From NCBI GenBank assembly GCA_965204745.1, contig OZ242010.1, positions 2,528,001 to 2,592,000 of the forward strand: a stretch of 64,000 nucleotides of DNA, in the 5' to 3' direction. Origin of the DNA: Candidatus Latescibacterota bacterium. Its GTDB lineage: Bacteria > Latescibacterota > UBA2968. Of the stretch, positions 38,025 through 48,268 are shown piece by piece. Position 1 is the stretch's first letter; every line of letters begins with the position of its first letter. Made by a program: the position numbers and the translations under genes. The notes beneath the pieces were generated by a model. That model saw only the letters and a list, made by a program, of their open reading frames with translations, was not told the DNA's origin and ran no database searches.

Positions 38025-40519
38025 AAAAGTCAGTGACGAGTTTCCACCCCCTCGTGGGGCTTTGGGCAACGGCCTGTTTGTTCGTCCTGTTGGCTGCTAC
38101 GAGTGCGCGGGCCGAGGGCGATGCGAAGTACAAAGAGGTCGTGCGCCCGTTTTTGGCACAGCGGTGTTTTCGCTGTCACGGCGCAGAGCTTCAAAAGGCC
38201 GATTTGCGGTTCGATACCCTGACGTTGAATTTGCAAGATGAAGACGTGTTGCTGACTTGGCAGAATATGGTGGATATGTTGAACTTGGGATTGATGCCGC
38301 CCTACGAGGAGCCGCAACCCGAGTTGGAGGAGTTGAAGCCGGTGGTCGATTGGATTACGGCCACGCTCAAGGCGCATTACGACCGCGAGGAGAGCACGGG
38401 CGGGCAAACGGTGTTGCGCCGTCTCAACCGCAAGGAGTACCGCAATACCGTGCGGGATTTGCTGCATTTGGATATGACGATGTTCGACCCCACCGATGCG
38501 TTTCCGCAAGACGACGAAGAACACGGGTTTGACAATATCGGTCAGACCCTCGTGATGTCGGGGTTTTTGGTCGAAAAATACCTCGATGCCGCGGATCAAA
38601 TCGTGAATCACGCCGTGTTGCCCGGCGCGCGCCCCGAGGTGAAAACGCACGCCTTTCAACCGCCGATCATGCGGAGCGGCGGCGGGTTTCTGGCACCTGC
38701 GAGCCGCCGCTTAAACCAGGGATACGACGAGTTGTTCCGCCGCCCCGACGACCGGTGGGGGTATATGTCTATCGACGCGTTCCGCAAGGGCGCGCCGCAG
38801 TCTGGGCTGTATCGCATGCGCGTTCGCGCATCCGCGCACAACCAGAGCCATCCCTACGACCAAGGGGCGCGTACGGATGAGGACGAACCCCTGCGAATGG
38901 GCATCGTGGCCGCGTCCGGGCGTTATGGCGATTTGCGACAGCGCAATACGTCCGATGTGGCGCTGGCGGAATTTGAAATGATCGCCGATGGCGAGGCGCG
39001 CGATTACGAATGCGAACTCTATCTGGACGAGTCTTACATGCCGCGCATCACCTATCCAAATGGGCCGCTCAATCTCTTTTGGGGCAATATTCTGCGGCGG
39101 TATCACCCCGAACTCTACGACAAAACGGATAGGCGCAAGTTGCCGGCAAAGGAGGATCGGGACCTCGTTTTTCGGCAGACAGAGGTCGCGGTGAAAAATT
39201 ATTTGGGGCCGTCGATCCGCGTGTATGAAATCGAACTCGAAGGCCCGTTTTACGAGCAGTGGCCGCCGCGTTCCCACACGAGTGTTTTCGGCAATCGCAA
39301 TCCCAACAAGGTCAAGCCCTACGATGTGTTGACGCGCTTTGCAACGCGCGCGTACCGCCGCCCGGTCAAGTCCAGCGAGATCGCGCATATTCTCGATTTG
39401 GTCGCGCAACGCGAACGGGCCGGGGCAACGCGCCTTCAGGCGATTAAGATGGGCATGAAAGCCATTCTCTGTTCGCCCAATTTTTTGTACTTGTACGAAA
39501 ATGAGGGGGCTTTAGACGATTACGCCCTCGCGTCCAAGTTGTCGTATTTTCTCTGGTCGTCCATGCCGGATGACGAGTTGTTCGAGGTGGCGCGGAAAAA
39601 GCGGTTGCGCGACCCGGCGGTGTTGCGGGCGCAGATCAATCGCATGTTGAAAGACCCCAAGGCGCGGGCATTTGTCGAGAATTTTACAGAACGCTGGTTG
39701 GCCCTGTACAAGATCGGCGAGATGCCGCCGGATCCGCGCAATTTCCGGTTGTATTACGAGGCGCAGCTCGAAGATGCGATCAAGACGGAGACGCACGAAT
39801 TTTTTCAGCATCTCCTCCACGAGAATATGAGCATCGCGCATTTCATCGATTCGGATTTTACGTTTGTCAATCGGGACTTGGGGGCGTTGTACAAGTTGGA
39901 GGGCATCGAGGGCCGGGCGTTTCGCAAGGTGCAGTTGAATGATCCCAAACGCGGCGGCCTGTTGGGTCATGCCAGCGTGTTGACCGCGACCTCCAATGGC
40001 ATCGAAACATCGCCTGTGGTGCGCGGGGTATGGATTTTGGAGAATATCTTGGGCACGCCACCCGCGCCCCCACCGCCGGATGTGGAGCCGCTCGAGCCGG
40101 ATATTCGGGGGTCTAAGACGATCCGCGAGCAGTTGGCAAACCATCGCAAAATCGCCACCTGCAACGAATGCCATCGCAACATCGATCCCCTGGGTTTCGC
40201 GCTGGAGAATTACGACCCCATCGGCATGTGGCGGTACAATTACGGACGGAATAAGCCGAAAGTGGATGCGTCTGATGTCATGGCAGACGGCAGCGAGTTC
40301 AACGGCATTGTAAGTTTTAAGAAAATCCTCTTGGAAAAACAGGATCAATTCGCCCAATGCCTCGCGGAAAAGATGCTGACCTACGCGACCGGGCGCACGC
40401 TAGAAGCCACAGACCGCCCCGAAGTAGAGCGCATTGTGAACGAACTGAAAGATCGAGGCTACGGCCTCAAAGACTTGGTGATGCTGGTGGCAACGAGCGA
40501 GCCGTTTCTGACGAAATAG
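38021..40519 (+). CDS. DUF1587/1595/1592/1588/1585 (planctomycete cytochrome c-like) protein
   Basis: CFRCH and CNECH heme motifs; LRRLNRKEYRNTVRDLL; LASKLSYFLWSSMPD; SPVVRGVW; IDPLGFALENYD. Confidence 0.88.
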   Translation: MKKSVTSFHPLVGLWATACLFVLLAATSARAEGDAKYKEVVRPFLAQRCFRCHGAELQKADLRFDTLTLNLQDEDVLLTWQNMVDMLNLGLMPPYEEPQPELEELKPVVDWITATLKAHYDREESTGGQTVLRRLNRKEYRNTVRDLLHLDMTMFDPTDAFPQDDEEHGFDNIGQTLVMSGFLVEKYLDAADQIVNHAVLPGARPEVKTHAFQPPIMRSGGGFLAPASRRLNQGYDELFRRPDDRWGYMSIDAFRKGAPQSGLYRMRVRASAHNQSHPYDQGARTDEDEPLRMGIVAASGRYGDLRQRNTSDVALAEFEMIADGEARDYECELYLDESYMPRITYPNGPLNLFWGNILRRYHPELYDKTDRRKLPAKEDRDLVFRQTEVAVKNYLGPSIRVYEIELEGPFYEQWPPRSHTSVFGNRNPNKVKPYDVLTRFATRAYRRPVKSSEIAHILDLVAQRERAGATRLQAIKMGMKAILCSPNFLYLYENEGALDDYALASKLSYFLWSSMPDDELFEVARKKRLRDPAVLRAQINRMLKDPKARAFVENFTERWLALYKIGEMPPDPRNFRLYYEAQLEDAIKTETHEFFQHLLHENMSIAHFIDSDFTFVNRDLGALYKLEGIEGRAFRKVQLNDPKRGGLLGHASVLTATSNGIETSPVVRGVWILENILGTPPAPPPPDVEPLEPDIRGSKTIREQLANHRKIATCNECHRNIDPLGFALENYDPIGMWRYNYGRNKPKVDASDVMADGSEFNGIVSFKKILLEKQDQFAQCLAEKMLTYATGRTLEATDRPEVERIVNELKDRGYGLKDLVMLVATSEPFLTK

Positions 40520-40549
40520 CCGCAATATCAACTTCTATGGAGTGAGATT

Positions 40550-40843
40550 ATGGCGGAAGAGAGCATGCGAACAGAGATCACGACAGTGCATGGGGAAATA
40601 CGCGAGGGCTTTGCACGAGTCGATGCGAAATTTGCCGAGATGAATGGCAAGATGGATGCGGGCTTTGAGCGCGTGGATAGAGAAATCGCAACACTGCGAG
40701 GGGAAATGCACGAAGGCTTTGCACGAGTCGATGCGAAAATTGAGCGGGCGATCAAGACCTTGCTCTATGCGATAGTCAGCATAGGAGGTGCGATTGTCCT
40801 TGGGATGATAACCGCGCTCATCAGACTTTGGACGATGCAGTAG
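40550..40843 (+). CDS. Small coiled-coil protein with C-terminal TM helix (DUF1640/CCDC90-like)
   Basis: Internal repeat GExxEGFARVDAK twice; hydrophobic C-terminus; SD GGAG. Confidence 0.7.
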   Translation: MAEESMRTEITTVHGEIREGFARVDAKFAEMNGKMDAGFERVDREIATLRGEMHEGFARVDAKIERAIKTLLYAIVSIGGAIVLGMITALIRLWTMQ

Positions 40844-40982
40844 GGCCTTTGATCCAGTGTGGCACGGAGGTGCTTTTGAAGGTCGGCCTTTCTTACAGGA
40901 AGGAGATTTGCCTATGGTTTTGAGGATTCGGTAGGTGTTTCGTCAGCAGGTAGGCAACAAACCGCGAAGGAGGAGGTCGTTT

Positions 40983-41690
40983 ATGAAGCAACTTGTGGCA
41001 TTGTTGTTGGGACTGGCCCTCATGGGGCCGGGGGCGGCGATTGCCGAGGTCAATGGCACCTGGGCTGTTGGGGTGACCGGGCAATACGATTTGCCGCTGT
41101 TTAAGCTGAAGAACTGGTTTCCCTCGGGCGGAATCGACTTTGGAGGAACGGTCTCGCGCATCAACAACGAGACGTGGACCTTTGAATTAGACGCTCGGTA
41201 CGCCAAATACGGATCTGGCGAATTGGAGAACCGATCATTCTTGTGGTCGGTCGATCAGCAAGACCACGATAGCCCCCAAGCCAAATCCGAAATGACGTGG
41301 CTGACCCTGACGGCCAATTATCTCTACCATTTCAAGGGCGGAGGTGCAAAACTGCAAACCGGGGGCGGCGCGCCGTATTTCTCGATTGGCGCGGGTTTTT
41401 ACCGGTACGAAAACAAAATCAGCGGGTTGATCTATCCCGGGCAAAGCGGCACGCTAAATTCCAGTTTGATTCAGCGGCCCGAGGCAGATGTTCGCACGGC
41501 GTTGGGCATAAACGCGGGATTGGGCATCGAGTATTTCGCGTCGCAGAATTTTGCGGTTGACGTGCGGGCGCAATACCACGTCATCTGGGGCCACGTGCGG
41601 CCTCTTGAGGCCTGGGGCTTGCAAGAGGCATTTCCGTTTCACAAACTCAACTTGGGCGTCCGGCTCAAGTTGTATTTTCCAAATCATTAA
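40983..41690 (+). CDS. Small outer-membrane beta-barrel (OmpA/OmpW-like)
   Basis: SD GGAGGAGG; AIA signal site; PYFSIGAG, GINAGLGIEY, DVRAQYH, LGVRLKLYF strands. Confidence 0.75.
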   Translation: MKQLVALLLGLALMGPGAAIAEVNGTWAVGVTGQYDLPLFKLKNWFPSGGIDFGGTVSRINNETWTFELDARYAKYGSGELENRSFLWSVDQQDHDSPQAKSEMTWLTLTANYLYHFKGGGAKLQTGGGAPYFSIGAGFYRYENKISGLIYPGQSGTLNSSLIQRPEADVRTALGINAGLGIEYFASQNFAVDVRAQYHVIWGHVRPLEAWGLQEAFPFHKLNLGVRLKLYFPNH

Positions 41691-41702
41691 CGGAGGTTCA
41701 AC

Positions 41703-44700
41703 ATGCGTTTGAACATGCGTTTGAGTTGTCTCCTGATCGCGGTCGGAGTGGTGTTCGCCTCCTTTCCCGGCAACGGGGTGGCAGCCACGACGGGCAAAGT
41801 CACGGGGGTGGTGAAAGATGCACAAGATGACCCCCTGCCTGGCGTCAATGTGGTGGTGAAAGGCACGCGGCGCGGCGCCACGACCGATGCGGATGGCTAT
41901 TTTCTGATTCTGGCCGTGGATCCGGGGGTGCATCAACTCGAAGCGTCTTTGGTGGGCTACCGCACCGAGACCGTCCAAAACGTGCTGGTGCAGGTGGAAT
42001 TGACCACCACAGTCGATATGGTGTTGCAAGAGGCCGCGGTCGAACTCGGGGAATTGGTCGTCATTGCCGAGCGGCCGGCCGTGGAGCCAGACAAGACCGT
42101 GAGCCGGTACATCGTGGGCGTAGAGCAGGTGGAGCAAGTGCCCTTGGCGCGCAATGCCGCGGAAGTGATCGAGTTGCAACCGGGCGTGTCGTTGGATGGC
42201 GCGATGCGGATTCGCGCGAGCCACACCGCGTCTGTCACCAACGGCACCAACGAGGTCTTCGTAGAAATCGACGGCATCCGCTTGTCCAATGACGACGGCG
42301 TGGCAGAGAACAACACGGCGGCGCAGGTGAACAGCTTGGCGCGCGGCGCGCTGCAAGAAGTCGCGGTCGTCACCGGCGGGATGAATGCCGAATACGGCAA
42401 TGCCCAAGGCGGCGTGATCAGCCTGGTCAGCCGCGAGGCCAAAGAACGCTATGGCGGCCTGGGCGAATACCGCCTGACCCTGCCGGGCCGGAAGCACTGG
42501 GGCGCGAATGTCTATAACAGCCCGCTTTTGGAGGGCAAAGTGCCCGCGCTCGTTGCACAGCCTTCCAATTACGACGAGGTGCTCGGGCATTTTGTCGAGG
42601 GCAATATTTCCGGGCCGATCAACCGGCAACTCGGGTTTTTTCTCAGTTCCTATACGGATCGGCAAGCCTCGGTGTTTCCCGGCCCGGCCAATCACGCGCC
42701 CTTCAACTTGAACACCTCGGCCAATGTCACGTACCGGCCCAGGGATGCTTACAAGTTTAAGCTGGGCACGACTTGGGTGTATAAAGACGGGTTCAACAAT
42801 GGCTCGACCAATGTGGTGCGCGGGCCGGGCGGCGCGACCACGGGCGTTCCCCCGGGCGGGGTGCGCGGCATTTCGGAAAACGGGCTCAACTTATTTTTGC
42901 CCGAGGGCTACAGCTCCTCTGGCAAATCCCCGCGCACGGATCAGGTGTTTTACGGCATTTTGACGCACACCATCTCGCCCAAAACATTTTACGAGATCCG
43001 CGTTTCCTTCCAGCGCACGGCCCTCGATACGAGCGGGGTGCCGGGGGAAACCACGGACATCGTGCGGGGCGGGAACGGGTTTTACGACACGCGAAACATC
43101 CACGCCTTTAGCTATGCGCGGCGCACGCGCTTTCTGGTCAAGGGCGATTTGTCCAGCCAGGTGACGCGCGGGCATTTTGTGAAGGCCGGGTTCGAGTACA
43201 TCCGCAACAGCATCGAGCAACAAGACGTGGTGTACAACACGACCCGCGAGCGCAATATCCGCTTGTTGGGCAAGGGCGATCCCATCGTGGGCATGGAGCC
43301 GTTCCATCCCGCGACGTACGCGTTTTACGCGCAGGACAAAATGGAGTTCGAGGGCCTGATCGTGAATGTGGGCGCGCGCTTGGAGATGCTCGCCCCCGGC
43401 GAATCCTTTGGTCGGGCGATGGATCAGGTGATCTGGAACCACTACAATTCGCTGACGCGCTGGCGCAACGTGCCCATTGTCGATTCGCCCACGCAGACGG
43501 CCATCAGCCCGCGCTTGGGCATTTCCCACCCGATAACCGAGCGGTCGACCATCCGGTTTTTCACGGGTCGGTTTCACCAGTTCGTGGGGTTGCAAAGCCT
43601 GTACAACCGCACCTGGCGGGCCACGGGGCCGGACAAGGATTTGAATGGCAACGGGCAGATCGACGAGCGGGAAATTTTCAACGCGCTGGTCTATCCGCTC
43701 GCGGGCGAGTTCGGCAATATCAACATGAAACCCGAGCGCACGACCAATTTTGAAGTGGGGTTCGACTACAATTTTTACGGCGATTACGTGGCGGGTTTGA
43801 CGGCGTTTTACAAGGACCAAGAAGGCACGCTGTCCAGCGGCGGGTCCGACTTTTTCATCGACGAGCCGGTCTTTGGCTTCAACTCGTCCTATACGCATGC
43901 GTTTTTCAACCGCCGCTTTGCCACCTCGCGCGGGTTTGAGTTGTCCTTCCAAAAAAAGTTCGGCCAGATGACCGCGTTTCACGTGGCGTACAACGTCAAC
44001 TGGGCCAAAGCCCACCGCGGCGGCATATCGTCTTGGGAGTGGTTTGTCGTTCCCTCGAGCCGCTATGTCAACAGCGATAAGTTCTTTGCCGGCGTGACCG
44101 TGCAATCCGACGGGCAGGAAGTGCCCCGCGCGCCAACGGCTGAAGAGCGCAGCAGGCTGGCCGCCCAAGCCGATGCCATAGCCCAAAAGTACAAGGCCAA
44201 AGCAGACGTGCGCGAGCCAAAGAGCAATGCGTACTGGGAACAACCGGTGCTGATCGAAGACGGGCTGTATTCCTTCAACATCGCCAACTACAGCATTCCC
44301 ACTTTGGATGGGGGCTTGGACAGGCGCAATTTTGCCAGCGTGCAATTTTTGTTTTCCTCGCCGCCAGATTTCCACATTCGGCCCTTGGCCGGGTTCCGCG
44401 CGACGATGGTTTGGTATATGCAGACCGGCGGCGCGTTTTGGTACACCCCGCCCACGGGGCCGCGCGAGCGGCGCAATGGCCCGCCCACGACCGTGACGGA
44501 TGTCAGCTTTGAAAAGGATTTTGGCCTGGGACAAAGCGCGACCGCCACCACGTTTGTCGAGGTCCGCAATTTGTTTGGACAGCGCGACGACACGAGCACC
44601 GGGTTTCGATGGATCCAGTACGGGCTTCAAAAACCGCCGCCCGGAGACAGCAAGTTCGACACGTTTGGCGATATCGCCGAATTGACCCGGTACAACGGGG

Positions 44701-44750
44701 GCCTGGGCAGGCCCCGAACCATCGTGGCCGGGGCGCGGTTCAAGTTCTAA
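41703..44750 (+). CDS. TonB-dependent receptor with N-terminal carboxypeptidase-regulatory-like domain
   Basis: TTGKVTGVVKDAQDDPLPGVNV; TGGMNAEYGNAQGGVISLV; SPRLGISHP; C-terminal GARFKF. Confidence 0.9.
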   Translation: MRLNMRLSCLLIAVGVVFASFPGNGVAATTGKVTGVVKDAQDDPLPGVNVVVKGTRRGATTDADGYFLILAVDPGVHQLEASLVGYRTETVQNVLVQVELTTTVDMVLQEAAVELGELVVIAERPAVEPDKTVSRYIVGVEQVEQVPLARNAAEVIELQPGVSLDGAMRIRASHTASVTNGTNEVFVEIDGIRLSNDDGVAENNTAAQVNSLARGALQEVAVVTGGMNAEYGNAQGGVISLVSREAKERYGGLGEYRLTLPGRKHWGANVYNSPLLEGKVPALVAQPSNYDEVLGHFVEGNISGPINRQLGFFLSSYTDRQASVFPGPANHAPFNLNTSANVTYRPRDAYKFKLGTTWVYKDGFNNGSTNVVRGPGGATTGVPPGGVRGISENGLNLFLPEGYSSSGKSPRTDQVFYGILTHTISPKTFYEIRVSFQRTALDTSGVPGETTDIVRGGNGFYDTRNIHAFSYARRTRFLVKGDLSSQVTRGHFVKAGFEYIRNSIEQQDVVYNTTRERNIRLLGKGDPIVGMEPFHPATYAFYAQDKMEFEGLIVNVGARLEMLAPGESFGRAMDQVIWNHYNSLTRWRNVPIVDSPTQTAISPRLGISHPITERSTIRFFTGRFHQFVGLQSLYNRTWRATGPDKDLNGNGQIDEREIFNALVYPLAGEFGNINMKPERTTNFEVGFDYNFYGDYVAGLTAFYKDQEGTLSSGGSDFFIDEPVFGFNSSYTHAFFNRRFATSRGFELSFQKKFGQMTAFHVAYNVNWAKAHRGGISSWEWFVVPSSRYVNSDKFFAGVTVQSDGQEVPRAPTAEERSRLAAQADAIAQKYKAKADVREPKSNAYWEQPVLIEDGLYSFNIANYSIPTLDGGLDRRNFASVQFLFSSPPDFHIRPLAGFRATMVWYMQTGGAFWYTPPTGPRERRNGPPTTVTDVSFEKDFGLGQSATATTFVEVRNLFGQRDDTSTGFRWIQYGLQKPPPGDSKFDTFGDIAELTRYNGGLGRPRTIVAGARFKF

Positions 44751-44765
44751 AGGAGGAACATCGCT

Positions 44766-47102
44766 ATGTTTCTGAAAAGTCTGAATAAATACGGGTGTCT
44801 GACCGCGCTGTGCCTGGTTTTGATCGGCGCGATGGATTTGCAAGCGCAGGTGGTGTACAGCGCGTCTCGGCACATGACGCGGTCGCAGGTGTGGCTCTCG
44901 TTCACCAATTCCGGCACGTCGAGCATGCACTATCAGGTCACGCCGTCTCGGGTGATGATGCGAATGTCCTACCCGGGCGATTTGTACGCCCTGTACGCCT
45001 TGCTCGGCACCGAAGAATTTGTGGAGTACTGGGGCGACAAGGCCTGGGGCTCGTCTCAGCAAAAGGCATTTGCAAACATGCACTCGGCCGGCGAAGGCGT
45101 GTTGGTCTTGACCCAGGTGGGCGGCGAGAAGTACGTGTCGGTCACCGGCCCGCGCACGCCCACCGAAGACGTGGTGCCGCTGAATTACGACATCGCCAAT
45201 GCCAAAGAGGCGTCGTGGGGGGTTCAGTCTATCGTGCCCAACCGCGGGGTGGGCACCGGCACGGTCAAATCCAACTATTGGCAGGGCGCCGCGCCCCAAT
45301 CGGCAGATCCGGCCAATTTGCGGCCCTACGAGATTCACAATTTCGACTACGGCATTTACCCCCCCGTGCAAAATGCGGGCGAGGAAATCCACATCACGCA
45401 GTGGCGGACGCAACACGATGTGGTGGTCACGCGCAAAGCCCATGCGTGGAGCCATCAGGATTTCGACGATTTTTTCATTTTGGAACTCGAGTTTGAAAAC
45501 CGCGGCGGGCAACAACTCGACGACACGTATTTTGGCGTGATGAACTCGATGTACGTCAACAATGCGGGCACGTCTTATCGCTGGGGGCACGAAGGCGGGC
45601 TGATCACCTATCGCCGCACGCAGGCATTGGACGATCACTATCGGTACAGCGAGGCGCCCAATTTTGAGAACAACGCATTGAGCGGGTTGTCCCCTGCGGA
45701 TTTTCAGGGCAAGTACATCATGTACCAGTGGGATGGCAATTCCCCGTCCAGCTTTGAGGAAGACACGGGGGACCCGTATTATTCCGACGTGGAGGTCACG
45801 GCGTTTCCGGGCAGCAAGAGCAGGCCCGAGGGCATGCCCATCGCACCGGCCTATCAGTTTATGGCCCCGCTGGCCTTTCGCAATGCCGGGCCGAGTCACA
45901 CGTTCAATGCCGCAGACATGGCCGAGCGCTATGTCGAACCGCAGGGCGAACCCCTGTCGCACTGGTACGAGGTGCACGGTCGGCGCAACATCGACGATCC
46001 CACGCGGGGCGCGCTGAGCATGGCCGACCAGTACGATTTTTTCACGTCGCCCACCATGGACAACCCCACCTCTGAACAGATGCAGTGGGAAGACCTGATC
46101 TTTGGGCCTTACGACTTGGGGCCGGGGCAAAAGGCCAAGATCGTGCTGGTCTATGGCTTTGGCTCTGCCGCAGAGTTCGACATCAACGCGCAGACCGGCT
46201 ATGCCAACGACATTACCATGTGGTCGTGGAACGTGGGCGATATTGGCTCGGATGCCCGCAAATCCCTGCTGGCCAAGGGCGAGCAGGCGATGTTGCAACA
46301 TTTGGAGCACGCGCAATTTGCGTACGACAACGAGTACCAAATCCCCAACGCGCCCCCGGACGTGGACTTTTTCCAGGGCAGCAATGCCCAAGCCAAGATC
46401 ACGCTGACGTGGTCGGACGCCGCGGAAAAGGCCGTCAATCCGGAATACGGCGAAGCCGACGTGGTGAGCTACCGCATCTACCGCTCGACCTGGCAAGAGA
46501 CCGGCCCGTGGGAATTGGTGGGCGAGGTGCAAGCGGGCAGCAGTCAGGGCGGCACGTACACATGGGTGGATGAGAACTCGCTGGCCGGGTTCCAGTTCGC
46601 GTACAATGTGCGCTCTGTTGCGCGGCCCAAAACGACCTGGACCGAGGGTTCTAAAACGCTAGACGATTTGCCCGAGACCGTGCACCAACACCTCACCGGA
46701 AACGGATTGGAGAGCGGCTGGTCCGCGGCCGAACAGCGCATGATCGTGCCCGGTAGCCCGATTTTGGCGGCCAATGACGCGGCGGACAAGCTCGAACAAC
46801 CCGTGCTCGTGGTGCCCAATCCCTTCAGTTTGGCGCAGGCACAATCCAATTACCAAGGCACGCTCAAGTTGCGCTTTGTGGGGGTGCCACACCAAGCCAG
46901 AATTTCCATTTTCACGGTTTCGGGAGATTTGGTTGCCGTGATCAATCACAACGACCCAACCGCAGGGGAAGCGCAGTGGCTGTTGAAAGATCGCTTCCTC
47001 ACCGGCGAGGCCACGTCGTCCGCGTATTTTTACGTGGTCGAATCGCTCGTGCCTGCAAGTCTCGGGCGCAAGACCAAGGGCGCGTTTGTGATCAACCGTT
47101 AG
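44766..47102 (+). CDS. Secreted protein with FN3-like domain and T9SS-CTD/FlgD-like C-terminal domain
   Basis: LQA signal site; ITLTW...YRIYRS...YNVRSV; VLVVPNPF...FVGVP...ISIFTVSGDLV...W...AYFY...FVINR. Confidence 0.75.
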   Translation: MFLKSLNKYGCLTALCLVLIGAMDLQAQVVYSASRHMTRSQVWLSFTNSGTSSMHYQVTPSRVMMRMSYPGDLYALYALLGTEEFVEYWGDKAWGSSQQKAFANMHSAGEGVLVLTQVGGEKYVSVTGPRTPTEDVVPLNYDIANAKEASWGVQSIVPNRGVGTGTVKSNYWQGAAPQSADPANLRPYEIHNFDYGIYPPVQNAGEEIHITQWRTQHDVVVTRKAHAWSHQDFDDFFILELEFENRGGQQLDDTYFGVMNSMYVNNAGTSYRWGHEGGLITYRRTQALDDHYRYSEAPNFENNALSGLSPADFQGKYIMYQWDGNSPSSFEEDTGDPYYSDVEVTAFPGSKSRPEGMPIAPAYQFMAPLAFRNAGPSHTFNAADMAERYVEPQGEPLSHWYEVHGRRNIDDPTRGALSMADQYDFFTSPTMDNPTSEQMQWEDLIFGPYDLGPGQKAKIVLVYGFGSAAEFDINAQTGYANDITMWSWNVGDIGSDARKSLLAKGEQAMLQHLEHAQFAYDNEYQIPNAPPDVDFFQGSNAQAKITLTWSDAAEKAVNPEYGEADVVSYRIYRSTWQETGPWELVGEVQAGSSQGGTYTWVDENSLAGFQFAYNVRSVARPKTTWTEGSKTLDDLPETVHQHLTGNGLESGWSAAEQRMIVPGSPILAANDAADKLEQPVLVVPNPFSLAQAQSNYQGTLKLRFVGVPHQARISIFTVSGDLVAVINHNDPTAGEAQWLLKDRFLTGEATSSAYFYVVESLVPASLGRKTKGAFVINR

Positions 47103-47117
47103 ACCTCAAACACAAGG

Positions 47118-48098
47118 ATGGATGCGATGAAATTTGCGGTGCATATCGTTTTGATGATGATGCTCGTCCTGCCGGCCTCGGCACAGGATCTCTTCCCGGA
47201 AGCCGAGGAGATTTTGAATCCCGAGGGCCGCAGCAAGATCAAGCCCTCCACATTCAATTTTTTGAAGACGACCACGCACGCGCGCATCGCGGGCATGGGC
47301 GATGCGTTCACCGCCGTGTCCAATGGGATGGACGGCATCGTTTGGAACCCGGCCGGGCTGACCAAAGTGGATCGGTTCGGGTACAGCTTTGGGTACACGC
47401 AATGGCTCGTCGATTCCCGGTTCGTGACCGGGGCCCTGGCGTACAATACCCGGCGATGGGGCGTGATCGGCGTGTCCTTTGTGAACTTTTCCCTGCCCGA
47501 TATGGTCGAGACGACCACGCAACAGCCCGATGGCACGGGCAATATGGTGGCTTCGGGCGACCTCGCGGTCGGGGTGGTCTATGCCTATCAGTTGACTGAC
47601 AAGTTGTCCGCGGCGGCCTCACTGCGCTTTGTCCAATCCGCGCTCGGCCCGGAAACGCTCAGCGCGGTTTCGGTCAATGTCAGTTCCCTGATGTACACCG
47701 GCTTTCGCAGCCTGCGGATCGGCATGAACATGAAGAACCTGGGCGGCGAGCAGGAGATCGTGAGCGAAAAATCCGAGATGCCCCTGGTGTTCCACACCGG
47801 CATTGCGATGGAGGTGTTCGGCAATTTGGGCGACCCCGTGTCTCTGACCGGCTCGTTTGAAGGCGCGTTTTTCACGGACAGGGAACAGCGTTGGAACCTG
47901 GGCGGCGAGTTGTGGATCCAGAATTTGGTCGCGCTTCGGGCCGGCTATAAGTTCAAGTACGACGCGGAAACGTGGAGTGTGGGCGGCGGCCTCAAGGGAA
48001 CATTCGGCGGCCGGAGCATTGCCCTCGACGTGTCGTATAGCAATTTCGGCGATCTGTTCGACGCGCCCCTGCGCTTGAATCTGTCTGGCTCGTTGTAA
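47118..48098 (+). CDS. PorV/PorQ-like (UPF0164) outer-membrane barrel
   Basis: FNFLKTTTHARIAGMGDAFTAV...WNPAGL; ALRAGYKF; LDVSY; alternative ATG 47127. Confidence 0.82.
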   Translation: MDAMKFAVHIVLMMMLVLPASAQDLFPEAEEILNPEGRSKIKPSTFNFLKTTTHARIAGMGDAFTAVSNGMDGIVWNPAGLTKVDRFGYSFGYTQWLVDSRFVTGALAYNTRRWGVIGVSFVNFSLPDMVETTTQQPDGTGNMVASGDLAVGVVYAYQLTDKLSAAASLRFVQSALGPETLSAVSVNVSSLMYTGFRSLRIGMNMKNLGGEQEIVSEKSEMPLVFHTGIAMEVFGNLGDPVSLTGSFEGAFFTDREQRWNLGGELWIQNLVALRAGYKFKYDAETWSVGGGLKGTFGGRSIALDVSYSNFGDLFDAPLRLNLSGSL

Positions 48099-48268
48099 CC
48101 TACCCCCCTGGCGCTTCCTTACGAGGAGGGGGGAACTGAAGCCTCCGCTCCCGCCTCGGGGAAGGCCAGGGGCAGAATCGCAGCAGGATCGATTTTTTCG
48201 CATACCCCGCCGGAATCGGAGAGCAACCCGTGTTCCGCGCGGGGTGTGCCATTTTGAAGGAGAAAGGC

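Noticed and set aside
42891-46532. 1213-aa antisense ORF (also 29695-31221, 48671-50311, 15752-17143)
   Set aside because: Shadow ORFs opposite well-supported GC-rich genes; no recognisable motifs.
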